Part shown: positions 16,501 to 24,964 of the stretch, piece after piece
How the letters are laid out: the number at the start of each line of letters is the position of its first letter
Numbering within the stretch: position 1 is the stretch's first letter
Source: a virus
Lineage: Duplodnaviria > Caudoviricetes
IMG/VR virus record: IMGVR_UViG_3300042922_001470
Coordinates: 1 to 32,371 of that record
Length of the DNA: 32,371 nucleotides
Direction: 5' to 3' (one strand)
Notes under the pieces: generated by a model
Database searches by the model: none
What the model was told of the DNA's origin: nothing
What the model saw: only the letters and a program-made list of their open reading frames with translations
Made by a program: the position numbers and the translations under genes

Positions 16501-17723
16501 TAGTTCTCACCTCCATTCCTATTTTTGCTTAGTTCTTTGAAATCCTCTAACGGCACATAATTTAAGCTTGCATATCTAGTGTCGCCACCCGGTACCTTTG
16601 GCATATCTTCCAGCGCTAGAATATCATCAGGACTGAACGCTCCAACTTCACGCATTGTTTTGTACCACGTTCCCCTAGATGCCGTGTCACCTCTTAATTC
16701 TGCCATCATATTACGCCTTATCTCTAAACCTTTTAATCTTTCACGGTCGAATAAGAGCTTGTAAGTGTCCTCTTCTTCGTATTGAGTTACAACCGGATGC
16801 AAAGTATTAACGACATATTCAATTCCGTTTTGCTCGTTGGATGAATAACTTTGTTTGCCCGAGTTGATTTTATAAAGTGGAACTCCAAAAAACCTCGCTA
16901 TATCTTCCACAGAAACGGCTTTGCTTTCAATGAACTGCGAATCTTTGTTGCTTATTGAGATCGGCTGAAATTCAAGTCCTAAGTCAAGCACTGCAATTTT
17001 AAAAGAGTTGTCAACCCCTTCGTGAATACTGCGCCATTCTTCTTTTATCTTATCTTTAGAAGCTTTTTCTAGCTTATCAGCAACCTTTAATATCCCTGTT
17101 GGCCTTGCGTTTTGTGTATAAAACTTATTTTCATAAGTTTGCGCCGCTGTAGCAACAGAAATAGTCTCACTTGCTCTTTGCAAAACTGAAATTCCGTTTA
17201 ATCCATCCTCTGAATATGCTTTGTAGTGCAGTACATCAAAGTTATCTAGCTTTCTGACTTCACCGGTCTTTGGATGCCTGAATATGTACCAAAGCTTTCC
17301 GCCATCATCAATATAAGGCGTTATGTATTGATGATTAACCGGTATTAACTCCCTCGGCTGTGCTGATTTATTGTCTCTGACGACAATTACATAACCATTG
17401 CCACCTAAAAGCCTATTTGATTCAACCAATTTCTTAAATACACTTGGTGTCATAGCTTCATTAGGACGTTCGGCAAGCAATTTAACAATGGGATGCTTAG
17501 TTATTCGTTCCTTTGTATTGCTATTCATCAAGTAAACTGGTAATTTACTTATTGAATTAGTGATAACTTCTACACATGCATTCACTGCAGAAATTTTCAT
17601 TGCCGCACTTTGTGAGGTCGTTACTGTCATATCAGCAACGGTCCAATCTTCCGGCGTTTGCAAGGTTATTGTTCGCGGAAATGTCTCATTCCTTATCCTA
17701 TAAATAGCTTTGTCGAAAAACAC
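16500..17723 (-). CDS. HK97-family portal protein
   Basis: SAVNACVEVI, PNEAMT, GNGY and EDIARFFGVP. Confidence 0.95.
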   Translation of the reverse strand: MFFDKAIYRIRNETFPRTITLQTPEDWTVADMTVTTSQSAAMKISAVNACVEVITNSISKLPVYLMNSNTKERITKHPIVKLLAERPNEAMTPSVFKKLVESNRLLGGNGYVIVVRDNKSAQPRELIPVNHQYITPYIDDGGKLWYIFRHPKTGEVRKLDNFDVLHYKAYSEDGLNGISVLQRASETISVATAAQTYENKFYTQNARPTGILKVADKLEKASKDKIKEEWRSIHEGVDNSFKIAVLDLGLEFQPISISNKDSQFIESKAVSVEDIARFFGVPLYKINSGKQSYSSNEQNGIEYVVNTLHPVVTQYEEEDTYKLLFDRERLKGLEIRRNMMAELRGDTASRGTWYKTMREVGAFSPDDILALEDMPKVPGGDTRYASLNYVPLEDFKELSKNRNGGEN

Positions 17724-17735
17724 TTTATCACCCCT

Positions 17736-17921
17736 CTACACTCTACTTAAAATAACTGCACTGGCTATAGACATAATTCCCAAGACTATAAATCCTGCTG
17801 GCCTATAAATTAAATATGCTCCGTATGACATTGTTAAGGCGCCGCTAAGTGCCAAAATATCCGGTATTAATTTAGGCATCGTCTTTATTCCATTCAAAAT
17901 TGCTTGTCTTATTTTTCCCAT
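17736..17921 (-). CDS. Small membrane protein between terminase and portal
   Basis: Two TM segments (YGAYLIYRPAGFIVLG); TAATG coupling to terL. Confidence 0.7.
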   Translation of the reverse strand: MGKIRQAILNGIKTMPKLIPDILALSGALTMSYGAYLIYRPAGFIVLGIMSIASAVILSRV

Positions 17922-19516
17922 TACATACTCCAATCGTCTGATAATATAGTTTCATTTATATCTGCTGTTTCGTTTAACATTGCTGTTGCCATTGCTATAA
18001 TCCATGCTACTGTTATGTCAATACGCCCTATTGACTTGTTTTTCATTGGTTTTATGTTCTCGTTTCCATCTGTAGCCACTCTTACATTGCCAAAACACCA
18101 TCTTGCACATGGATTCTTTTCATGTTTCAACTCGTTTTTAATCAATAACTCCTCAATTTTTTTCATTGCCGGAGAAAGATTCTTCATATCTTGTACTATT
18201 TCAACTACTTCGATTTCCTCTTTCATTATGTGTTGAGTAAGCATTCGAGATAAGTAAGGGTCACAGCCTAATACTTTTAAGTCATATTTTTCAGCCACTC
18301 TGTATATTTCAGCCTCTACAAAGTCAAAATCAATACAATCGCCTGGTGTTGTCTTTACATATCCTTCTTCTACCCACTTTTCAAAGTCAACATGATCTCT
18401 TCTTGACCTCTCTCTCATTTTTTCTTCTGTTATCCATGGAATAAATAAAGTAAACCAATGGTCTAATCCCTCTTGTGGAGGAAATAGCAATACTAATGCT
18501 GTCAAGTCTGTTGTTGATGACAAATCTAAGCCGGGATAACATCTTTTACCTTTAAGATTGTCAGGTATAATAACTTCTGTCTTGTCATATAAGGTTAATG
18601 GCAACCATCCTACTGCTTTTGTTGATATCCACTGATTAAGTCTTAACCATCTAAAAAGCCTTTGAGAGTAATCGCTTTGCTTTGCATCAAGAGCTTCTTG
18701 CCTCAATGTGTCTATATCTATTGTTTCACCCAGTGAAGGATTACACTCATACCATAATTCCTCGTTATATATATCAATTTCTTTGGATTTATCCGGGTCC
18801 AAGTCCCCCAGTCCATATATTATAGGCAACCAAACAGGATTGTCATAGTTGTCATCCGTGTTCCCTTTGCGATATTCCAGTATTTTACTTGCTTTTTCAT
18901 GTACTTCCCAGCCTATCGAGTTCCTGTCCGGATCATCACCAGCTGTAGTTAATACTATCCATACTGGTTGGAACCTGGCTGAACCAGAACCAAACGTCAT
19001 AATATCCCATAAATCTCGGTTAGGTTGAGCATGCAATTCATCAAATATAACACAAGAAGGCTTATATCCGTGCTTTGAATATGCTTCAGCTGATAGGACT
19101 TTCATAAAAGTCTTAGATACTTTATCGTGAATTTCCCTGGTACTTTCTTTTATCTTAGCTTGTTTACTTAAAGTTTTGTTTTGCTCAAGCATTCCTAACG
19201 CTGCATTAAAAATAATACCAGCATTTGCTTTGTCAGCCGCGACGACATATACTTCACCATGCATTTCACCATCTGCAAAGGTGTGATATAACCCTAGTGC
19301 TGCAGCTAACTCAGATTTTCCGTTTTTCTTTGGAATTTCTAAGTATAAATACTGATATTGCCTAGCTTCATTTCCTTTTACGTTTCCATAAAATTCAGTT
19401 AACGCATTTTTCTGCCAATTCAATAAATCAAACGGTACTCCATACCATTTACCGTCAACATGCTTCAAACATTCAACGAAATTAATCGTAAAATCTGCAT
19501 ATTCTTGATTAAACAT
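17921..19516 (-). CDS. terL: Terminase large subunit
   Basis: IPKKNGKSE Walker A, VIFDELH Walker B, GLDLSSTTDLTA nuclease and RIDITVA. Confidence 0.96.
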   Translation of the reverse strand: MFNQEYADFTINFVECLKHVDGKWYGVPFDLLNWQKNALTEFYGNVKGNEARQYQYLYLEIPKKNGKSELAAALGLYHTFADGEMHGEVYVVAADKANAGIIFNAALGMLEQNKTLSKQAKIKESTREIHDKVSKTFMKVLSAEAYSKHGYKPSCVIFDELHAQPNRDLWDIMTFGSGSARFQPVWIVLTTAGDDPDRNSIGWEVHEKASKILEYRKGNTDDNYDNPVWLPIIYGLGDLDPDKSKEIDIYNEELWYECNPSLGETIDIDTLRQEALDAKQSDYSQRLFRWLRLNQWISTKAVGWLPLTLYDKTEVIIPDNLKGKRCYPGLDLSSTTDLTALVLLFPPQEGLDHWFTLFIPWITEEKMRERSRRDHVDFEKWVEEGYVKTTPGDCIDFDFVEAEIYRVAEKYDLKVLGCDPYLSRMLTQHIMKEEIEVVEIVQDMKNLSPAMKKIEELLIKNELKHEKNPCARWCFGNVRVATDGNENIKPMKNKSIGRIDITVAWIIAMATAMLNETADINETILSDDWSM

Positions 19517-20091
19517 TACATTCTTTTTCTACTAAGAAGATTAGCCATAGGATCCTCTTCTTCCTCTTCAACTTTTTTAGGTATGGAGCGCAGAGCTGAA
19601 GCAATGGTCATTATATTTTCTTTCTCTATGTCCAGGAGCATCTTTCTTTTTAACTGAACTTGACTATCAATACTCAATAATGATTTTATTGTATCGTTAT
19701 AGTTTTTAGAGTATTGTTTTATTACCTTTCCTTTTTCCTCGTCAGGTGTCTTATCTATTTCAGCATCAAAAGCAGAGTCTAGTTTTATTACAATTTCATA
19801 TAATCTTTCTCTTTTTTCTTCAAACTCAACACATTCAGCTTGTAATATAGCATATCTGTTTATGATAGCTTCGTAAAGCGCATCGTTCTTTTTAATAACC
19901 TTTAAAAGTTTATTGATTCTTTGAAATTCTTTATGGGCTATTTCATTTTTCTTTGTAATGGAGCGTTCCTTCATGGCCACTCCACTTGCAAGAGACTCTT
20001 CTCCGGTTTTTCTAAGCTCTAATTCGGCTTTTGTCCTATGAGATTTCTTCTCTGTTGTTAACACTGTAAAAGGCTTTGGTGGTGTTGGCAT
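19516..20091 (-). CDS. terS: Terminase small subunit (P27-like)
   Basis: AAGGAGTGA SD before ATG 20091 (MPTPPKP..KSHRTKAEL); lies between HNH and terL; ends DPMANLL. Confidence 0.85.
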   Translation of the reverse strand: MPTPPKPFTVLTTEKKSHRTKAELELRKTGEESLASGVAMKERSITKKNEIAHKEFQRINKLLKVIKKNDALYEAIINRYAILQAECVEFEEKRERLYEIVIKLDSAFDAEIDKTPDEEKGKVIKQYSKNYNDTIKSLLSIDSQVQLKRKMLLDIEKENIMTIASALRSIPKKVEEEEEDPMANLLSRKRM

Positions 20092-20099
20092 TAGTATCA

Positions 20100-20194
20100 C
20101 TCCTTTCTGTAAACTTGATGTGGGAATTTTTTTCACGCGAACTTTTCCCATCGGTCGTAGTGGCTTATAATAAAACAATTAAGAGGTGGGGGGC
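20100..20194 (-). other. Probable cos/packaging region
   Basis: Non-coding gap between HNH and terS containing CCCCCC..CGACCG..CGCGTGAAAAAAATTCCC, the typical location in HNH-associated cos phages. Confidence 0.5.
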
Positions 20195-20560
20195 TTATTT
20201 ATAATTACCGAATCCTCCATCTTCTGTAGCTGTCTTCTTGCTGTGGCAACTATGACAAAGTGGTTGCCAGTTGTTTCTGTCCCAAAACAATTTTAAATTT
20301 CCTTTGTGTGGAATAATATGATCAGTTTCAGTTGCAGCTGTATATATTCCTTTCTTTAAACACTCAGCACACCATGGATTCATTGCTAAAAAGTATTTAC
20401 TTTCCTTACTCCACTTCGATGTATAACCTCTTTGATAAGATAATTTTCTCTTACTGTCATTAATTTTATTTACTTTTATCCTGTGTTCGTTGCAATATCC
20501 TTTTTCTGTCAATTTATTACAACCTGGATAATTACATAATCTTTTTGGTTTACTCGGCAT
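20195..20560 (-). CDS. HNH endonuclease (terminase cofactor, gp74-like)
   Basis: CAEC, DHIIPH, NWQPLCHSCHSKKT. Confidence 0.93.
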   Translation of the reverse strand: MPSKPKRLCNYPGCNKLTEKGYCNEHRIKVNKINDSKRKLSYQRGYTSKWSKESKYFLAMNPWCAECLKKGIYTAATETDHIIPHKGNLKLFWDRNNWQPLCHSCHSKKTATEDGGFGNYK

Positions 20561-20650
20561 ACTATCACCTACTTAACATATAATTTTGCCCCAAATTTTA
20601 AACGTTCATTTTTCAACACGAAATGAAATTGCTCCACCGCACCAATACAA

Positions 20651-20851
20651 TTATATCTGCTTTATCTTTCCTTTAACTCTCTTATACTTCCTGTGCTTCA
20701 TACATTCATTTATACCACTAAACTGCTCATGCTCAAACTCTTCTACCTCACACGTCTTATATCTATCGCAAGCAGGATTACCTACTTTACATAGACATAT
20801 GAGATAGTCTTTATTCCATCTTGTATAACAATTGTATTTAATCCTACTCAC
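20651..20851 (-). CDS. Small Cys-rich hypothetical protein
   Basis: 66-aa ORF in the late-operon orientation, GTG start. Confidence 0.55.
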   Translation of the reverse strand: MSRIKYNCYTRWNKDYLICLCKVGNPACDRYKTCEVEEFEHEQFSGINECMKHRKYKRVKGKIKQI

Positions 20852-20864
20852 CTTCTTTCTAATT

Positions 20865-20970
20865 AAAAAAGCGGCAGCTGATATTATGCAAACCGCTTAT
20901 GCCTGTGAGCTCAACTCTCATTCAAGGATACAGGCAAATCCTGCTCAGTTTAGTAGCTCTGGCAAGCTTA
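20865..20970 (-). ncRNA. Candidate structured RNA / terminator in the late leader
   Basis: Pairings AGGAT/ATCCT, TGCCTGT/ACAGGCA, TGAGC/GCTCA and AAGCGG/CCGCTT plus T-tract. Confidence 0.35.
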
Positions 20971-21000
20971 AATAAAAAGGCACCCTTTCTTGGATGCCTT
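20970..21000 (-). terminator. Intrinsic terminator-like hairpin just after the late promoter
   Basis: AAGGCATCC-AAGAAA-GGGTGCCTT-TTTATTT. Confidence 0.7.
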
Positions 21001-21024
21001 TCCTTAATAATCCTTTACTTTACC

Positions 21025-21060
21025 ATATTAACACATCTCATACCACACTTTCACCACACT
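21025..21060 (-). promoter_or_regulatory. Late promoter with tandem activator-binding repeats
   Basis: AGTGTGGT x2 at an 11-bp period (21060-21053, 21049-21042) followed by extended -10 TGtTAATAT, at the 3' end of the activator gene. Confidence 0.65.
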
Positions 21061-21490
21061 CTTTCTGTTTTTTATAAATTCTTTTAAAGATTTCTTCTAT
21101 CCCTCTGACAGAATAATTCATTTCCTTTGCTATTTTCCAATTTGATAGCCCTTTAATTCTTAACATCATTGCTTTTTTCTCAACGTCACCTAAATCATTT
21201 ATAGTACGTTCTAAGTCATCACGCTGCTTGTACAATGATTGAAGTTCATCTTGTAAGTCTTGGAGCTCTTCTTGTAAATCGTGTAATTTTATTAAAACTA
21301 GGCTTATAGATTCTTGGCTATTCGAAGATTGCACACACGGTTTATCATAATTGATTGCTCCTAAATCACTTGGCTGATAGGTATTAATTGTTTTTTTAAT
21401 ATCTCTTTCACAGCTGGTTATGCATAATTTAATTACTGCAATATCTTCAGTAAGTTCTCTATACTCTTCAATAATTGTTCTTTTAATCAT
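21038..21490 (-). CDS. Late transcription activator (ArpU/RinA-like; C-terminal HTH)
   Basis: Coiled coil followed by KGLSNWKIAKEMNYSVRGIEEI; last gene before the packaging module. Confidence 0.8.
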   Translation of the reverse strand: MIKRTIIEEYRELTEDIAVIKLCITSCERDIKKTINTYQPSDLGAINYDKPCVQSSNSQESISLVLIKLHDLQEELQDLQDELQSLYKQRDDLERTINDLGDVEKKAMMLRIKGLSNWKIAKEMNYSVRGIEEIFKRIYKKQKECGESVV

Positions 21491-21522
21491 TCATGCCTCC
21501 TTCTAGTTTGCTTGCTCTATAT

Positions 21523-22026
21523 TCATTTTGCCTCCAATGCCTTTTCAGCTTCTTCTCGTGTTAGAAATACTGTTTTGCCGATATCTTCTAATTCAAATTC
21601 TGTTCCGTCAATCAATTCATCGCCTATACAAAGATTGCAATCGAATTGCATTGCATAACAACTTCCAAGATGTATTTCATCAATTGTATAGGGTTCAATG
21701 TTTTTAGTGAAATCTGCATAGATATAAACTGTATCACCAACCTTACAAGGCAATTTGATTAATCTGCCTTGCTCTTCTAAGTCTTCATATTCTTTCAGCT
21801 GTTCAAGAATTGTATCAACTAATTCTTTGTTATATGGCGATACTTGCTCAGGCTCTAGTCCGCCGTCCTCATATGCTGCAAGCTTATTTAATGCGTTAGC
21901 ATATGTGCATTCTTCCATTAAACAATCCGATGTACTTTGATATTCGCAATAATGGCAAGGTGAATGTTTTATATATCTTTCTTTTGAAACAGTTAAACCT
22001 TCTATGTGTTCAGTCAATCTATTCAT
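21523..22026 (-). CDS. Conserved phage hypothetical protein
   Basis: KLAAYED, LPCKVGDTVY and IGKTVFLTREEAEKAL segments typical of Firmicutes phage middle genes. Confidence 0.75.
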   Translation of the reverse strand: MNRLTEHIEGLTVSKERYIKHSPCHYCEYQSTSDCLMEECTYANALNKLAAYEDGGLEPEQVSPYNKELVDTILEQLKEYEDLEEQGRLIKLPCKVGDTVYIYADFTKNIEPYTIDEIHLGSCYAMQFDCNLCIGDELIDGTEFELEDIGKTVFLTREEAEKALEAK

Positions 22027-22369
22027 TTTCTACCCCCTTGAACGGCTCAGGTAATGGCTGCCATGCAATAACACTCCAATTATGTAAATTAACACCTATA
22101 TCATGTGTATGAAATTCAAGCTTTCCGTTTTCCATATATCCTGTGAAACCGCGTATTACTTGTCTTTGATTAAATACATTTTCAATCGTAAGTAGCGCAT
22201 TTAAACCACATATTTCAGGCAACCTCTCACTTACAGACACCCAACCGCCGTTATAATTTTCAGTAAAATTTGTTATTTTTATTGTCAATTCTGTATCTTT
22301 ACCATAACAATTTTGTATTTCTTCTCTGCATTTTTCCAATAATTTTATTGCCTTTTCAATCTCATTCAT
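22019..22369 (-). CDS. DUF551-like protein
   Basis: WVSVSERLP...VIAWQPLPEP. Confidence 0.75.
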   Translation of the reverse strand: MNEIEKAIKLLEKCREEIQNCYGKDTELTIKITNFTENYNGGWVSVSERLPEICGLNALLTIENVFNQRQVIRGFTGYMENGKLEFHTHDIGVNLHNWSVIAWQPLPEPFKGVENE

Positions 22370-22691
22370 CTGCATTCACCCTTTCAAACTCTATGTATTC
22401 ATAATCTTTAAAAAATTTCTCATTGTCACTCCCTGATGTGTGGAAAAGCCAACAAGGACAACTTATTTTGTGCTTTTTGTATTCTAGCCACCAACCTACG
22501 CAAGGCTCACTATCTTCATTTATCCCTGCTCTATGTCTTGCATACCCATTTCCAATAGCTAAATATTTATGATTACGATGTTTTAATTCTTGCTTTGCAA
22601 TCTCTATAGCTTGTTCTTTGCTATATTTCTCTTTAGATACAGCTAAATCATCATATCCACCATAGAAAATAGCATAATCAAATTTGCTCAT
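22362..22691 (-). CDS. Hypothetical protein
   Basis: Strong SD; coupled to its neighbours. Confidence 0.7.
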   Translation of the reverse strand: MSKFDYAIFYGGYDDLAVSKEKYSKEQAIEIAKQELKHRNHKYLAIGNGYARHRAGINEDSEPCVGWWLEYKKHKISCPCWLFHTSGSDNEKFFKDYEYIEFERVNADE

Positions 22692-22786
22692 TTTCTCCCC
22701 TCCTCAACTATAACAATCAATCCCATTAATCCAGCGCCTATAAACAAACCTAATATAAACGTACAAGTCATTCCTATTACATTCAT
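22688..22786 (-). CDS. 32-aa single-TM protein (not in ORF track)
   Basis: MNVIGMTCTFILGLFIGAGLMGLIVIVEEGRK; GGAGGT SD; ATGA overlaps at both ends. Confidence 0.7.
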   Translation of the reverse strand: MNVIGMTCTFILGLFIGAGLMGLIVIVEEGRK

Positions 22787-23130
22787 TCAACAACCTCCAT
22801 ATCAAAGTACCTTTTATTTTTCTGCTTACAAAATTCTTTGTACTCTTCTGTATCAAATATTCCCTGGTTAATACACTCTTGGATATTATCAACTAGCTTT
22901 TGCATAAATGGTTCTTGCTTTTTATCTGCAAACTTATATGTTTCATACAGTGTTGTGCTGATAACAGGAAGTATAGTTTCGATTAACTCTTGCATTTTAA
23001 TTTTCTTGATTTCTTCTTTCAGAGTAGCATTATACTTCTCAATCTCTGCATCCAATAAAGGCTTAAATTTCCTATTCACAGCCTCATTAAACTCTTTTCT
23101 GTCTTTAAAATGATAAGGATTCTTTTTCAT
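22783..23130 (-). CDS. Hypothetical helical protein
   Basis: GGAGG SD; ATGA overlap with the rusA stop. Confidence 0.7.
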   Translation of the reverse strand: MKKNPYHFKDRKEFNEAVNRKFKPLLDAEIEKYNATLKEEIKKIKMQELIETILPVISTTLYETYKFADKKQEPFMQKLVDNIQECINQGIFDTEEYKEFCKQKNKRYFDMEVVE

Positions 23131-23528
23131 TGTGTGTCCTCCCATATTTCAACTTCAACCCTTGCATCTTCACCGTACCATTTTTCAATTCTGCATTCGA
23201 CAATGTCTTTATCATCCTTGTATGCTAGTCCATTTAATGCATCGAGAATTATTTTCATTATGTTGTCAAGGTCAGGCTTCTTTGCAGGCCTTATAATTCC
23301 ATTCAGAGCATTTTCTTTTTTCTTCTTGCTATAACTGTTTGGTATATCAAAATAGCATTTAATTTCGGCTTTTAATTGTCCCTCAATTGGTTTCTGCTTT
23401 GCTTCTTGAAAACATATCTTAACCCAGTTTTCATAGTTCACTGTTGTTTCAGGTGTATATGAACCATACTTTGTTACTCTTGGCCTAGCTTTCCCTTTGG
23501 GCTCTCCTGGTATAGTAAATTTAATCAA
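23127..23528 (-). CDS. rusA: RusA-family Holliday junction resolvase
   Basis: PGEPKGKARPR and KKPDLDNIMKIILDALNGLAYKDD. Confidence 0.93.
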   Translation of the reverse strand: MIKFTIPGEPKGKARPRVTKYGSYTPETTVNYENWVKICFQEAKQKPIEGQLKAEIKCYFDIPNSYSKKKKENALNGIIRPAKKPDLDNIMKIILDALNGLAYKDDKDIVECRIEKWYGEDARVEVEIWEDTQ

Positions 23529-24794
23529 TTAATCATCTCCTAACCGTTTAGCAATCTCATAAATTACATTGACTGTTACACTATTTCCAGCTTGCTTGTA
23601 CAACTGTGAATCTGAATTAACCGCCCTTGCTCTTTCAAAATATTCATCAGAGAAACCTTGAAGTCTGAAACATTCTTTAGGAGTTAATTTTCTTATTCTG
23701 TAGCCGTCTAATGTCGCTTGATTGCAAGATGTTGTTAATGTCTGTGCAACTCCTTTTCCAACTCTGCCTCTTCTTGTTTTGCTGTTAGGCTGTTCAAAAT
23801 TTATGCTGTCGCCTTCAGTTGCTACTGCAAAGCCTTGCTTAGTTGCTTCTTTAATAGCAACTTTTAATCCTTGTCTGTGAATTGCAATTTTATTTCCTTC
23901 GCCTTTATTAGTTGTCAATGTTGGTGCTAAGCCATTACTACTAAATACATTTCCGTTCATTCTTTTGCCACTAGGGTTTACATTGCCTTCGACTACCACT
24001 TGTATTGGTCCTTTATAATCTCTTGATAGGCAGGCCGGCGATATTCCTTCAGGTGATATTGCGTATCTGCTACGATAATCCGTCGCACCGTTTTGCCCCA
24101 CTACTATCTTAGGCTCTCTCTGACCGCCTCCACAGGTGTTTAAGCAGGGCGATATACCATCCACTGAATAAACTCTGCCAGTCTGTGGGTTTTCCCAACT
24201 GCTTCCATCGCTTATATTTCCGATTTGTTTAACAGCTTCTCCACTGCGTTCACAGATAGGAAATACTTTTCTTCCACTTCTTCCTCTAAGATGTCCGACA
24301 ATGAACACTCTTTCTCTGTTTTGAGGAACTCCGAAGTTTTTAGAATTGAGCACTTGCCACTCTGCATCGTACCCGATTTCATCCAATTCAATGAGAAGTT
24401 TGGCGAAGTCAAATCCTCCGTTAATACTAAGTAAGTTTTTAACGTTCTCAATAAATAAGATTGAGGGTCTATTTTTTTCTTCGAGTTCTCTAATAAGCTT
24501 TGTAACTGTGAAAAACAAACTTGAACGGTGTCCTTCGAATCCTTTTTGATTACCTGCAATGGAAATATCTTGGCAGGGGAATCCGAAACACCATACGTCT
24601 GATGCAGGAAGTTCGGCTGCTCGTACTTTTGTAATATCCCATCCAATAAATTCACTCTCCTTTACGTTGTGCATAGCTATGTAACTAGCTTGTGCGTACT
24701 TGTCCCATTCAACATGGCCGACACATTCATGTCCTGCCATTTCCATTCCTATACGGAAACCACCTATACCGCTAAATAAATCTAAGAACTTCAT
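23529..24794 (-). CDS. C5 cytosine DNA methyltransferase with long multi-module TRD
   Basis: FSGIGG, GFPCQ, ENV, QNRERVF, RKLTPKECFRLQGF and YKQAGNSV. Confidence 0.95.
   Translation of the reverse strand: MKFLDLFSGIGGFRIGMEMAGHECVGHVEWDKYAQASYIAMHNVKESEFIGWDITKVRAAELPASDVWCFGFPCQDISIAGNQKGFEGHRSSLFFTVTKLIRELEEKNRPSILFIENVKNLLSINGGFDFAKLLIELDEIGYDAEWQVLNSKNFGVPQNRERVFIVGHLRGRSGRKVFPICERSGEAVKQIGNISDGSSWENPQTGRVYSVDGISPCLNTCGGGQREPKIVVGQNGATDYRSRYAISPEGISPACLSRDYKGPIQVVVEGNVNPSGKRMNGNVFSSNGLAPTLTTNKGEGNKIAIHRQGLKVAIKEATKQGFAVATEGDSINFEQPNSKTRRGRVGKGVAQTLTTSCNQATLDGYRIRKLTPKECFRLQGFSDEYFERARAVNSDSQLYKQAGNSVTVNVIYEIAKRLGDD
24212..24646 (-). CDS. Nested alternative-frame ORF, EcoHK31I-beta-like MTase subunit
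   Basis: Open for >140 codons inside the MTase; ends CSLSDILEEEVEEKYFLS; AAGGAG upstream of TTG 24646. Confidence 0.6.
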   Translation of the reverse strand: MDGILQKYEQPNFLHQTYGVSDSPAKIFPLQVIKKDSKDTVQVCFSQLQSLLENSKKKIDPQSYLLRTLKTYLVLTEDLTSPNFSLNWMKSGTMQSGKCSILKTSEFLKTEKECSLSDILEEEVEEKYFLSVNAVEKLLNKSEI

Positions 24795-24829
24795 TTGTCC
24801 TCCTTAGGGAGCCGAAGCTCCCCTTATAT

Positions 24830-24949
24830 TTAATAAATCCATCCCTCTAATTCAAAGCTTGTGCCATCTGGAAAATTAACTTTTAAAGTAAACATTCCTA
24901 TTAGGATGATATAAAGAAATAACATCATAATTTCAATAATTGGTTTCAT
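24830..24949 (-). CDS. 39-aa membrane peptide (not in ORF track)
   Basis: MKPIIEIMMLFLYIILIGMFTLKVNFPDGTSFELEGWIY; GAGGG SD; fills the ssb-MTase gap. Confidence 0.55.
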   Translation of the reverse strand: MKPIIEIMMLFLYIILIGMFTLKVNFPDGTSFELEGWIY

Positions 24950-24964
24950 ACATGCCCTCTTTCG

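Noticed and set aside
20092-20178. Extended terS start
   Set aside because: Runs through the probable cos region; the strong SD is at ATG 20091.
20195-20560. Homing endonuclease / intron
   Set aside because: Position before terS and small size match a packaging HNH; terL is uninterrupted.
20865-21000. tRNA in the late leader
   Set aside because: No cloverleaf or TTCGA T-loop on either strand.
22704-22892. 62-aa minus-strand ORF
   Set aside because: Overlaps two better-supported, coupled genes.
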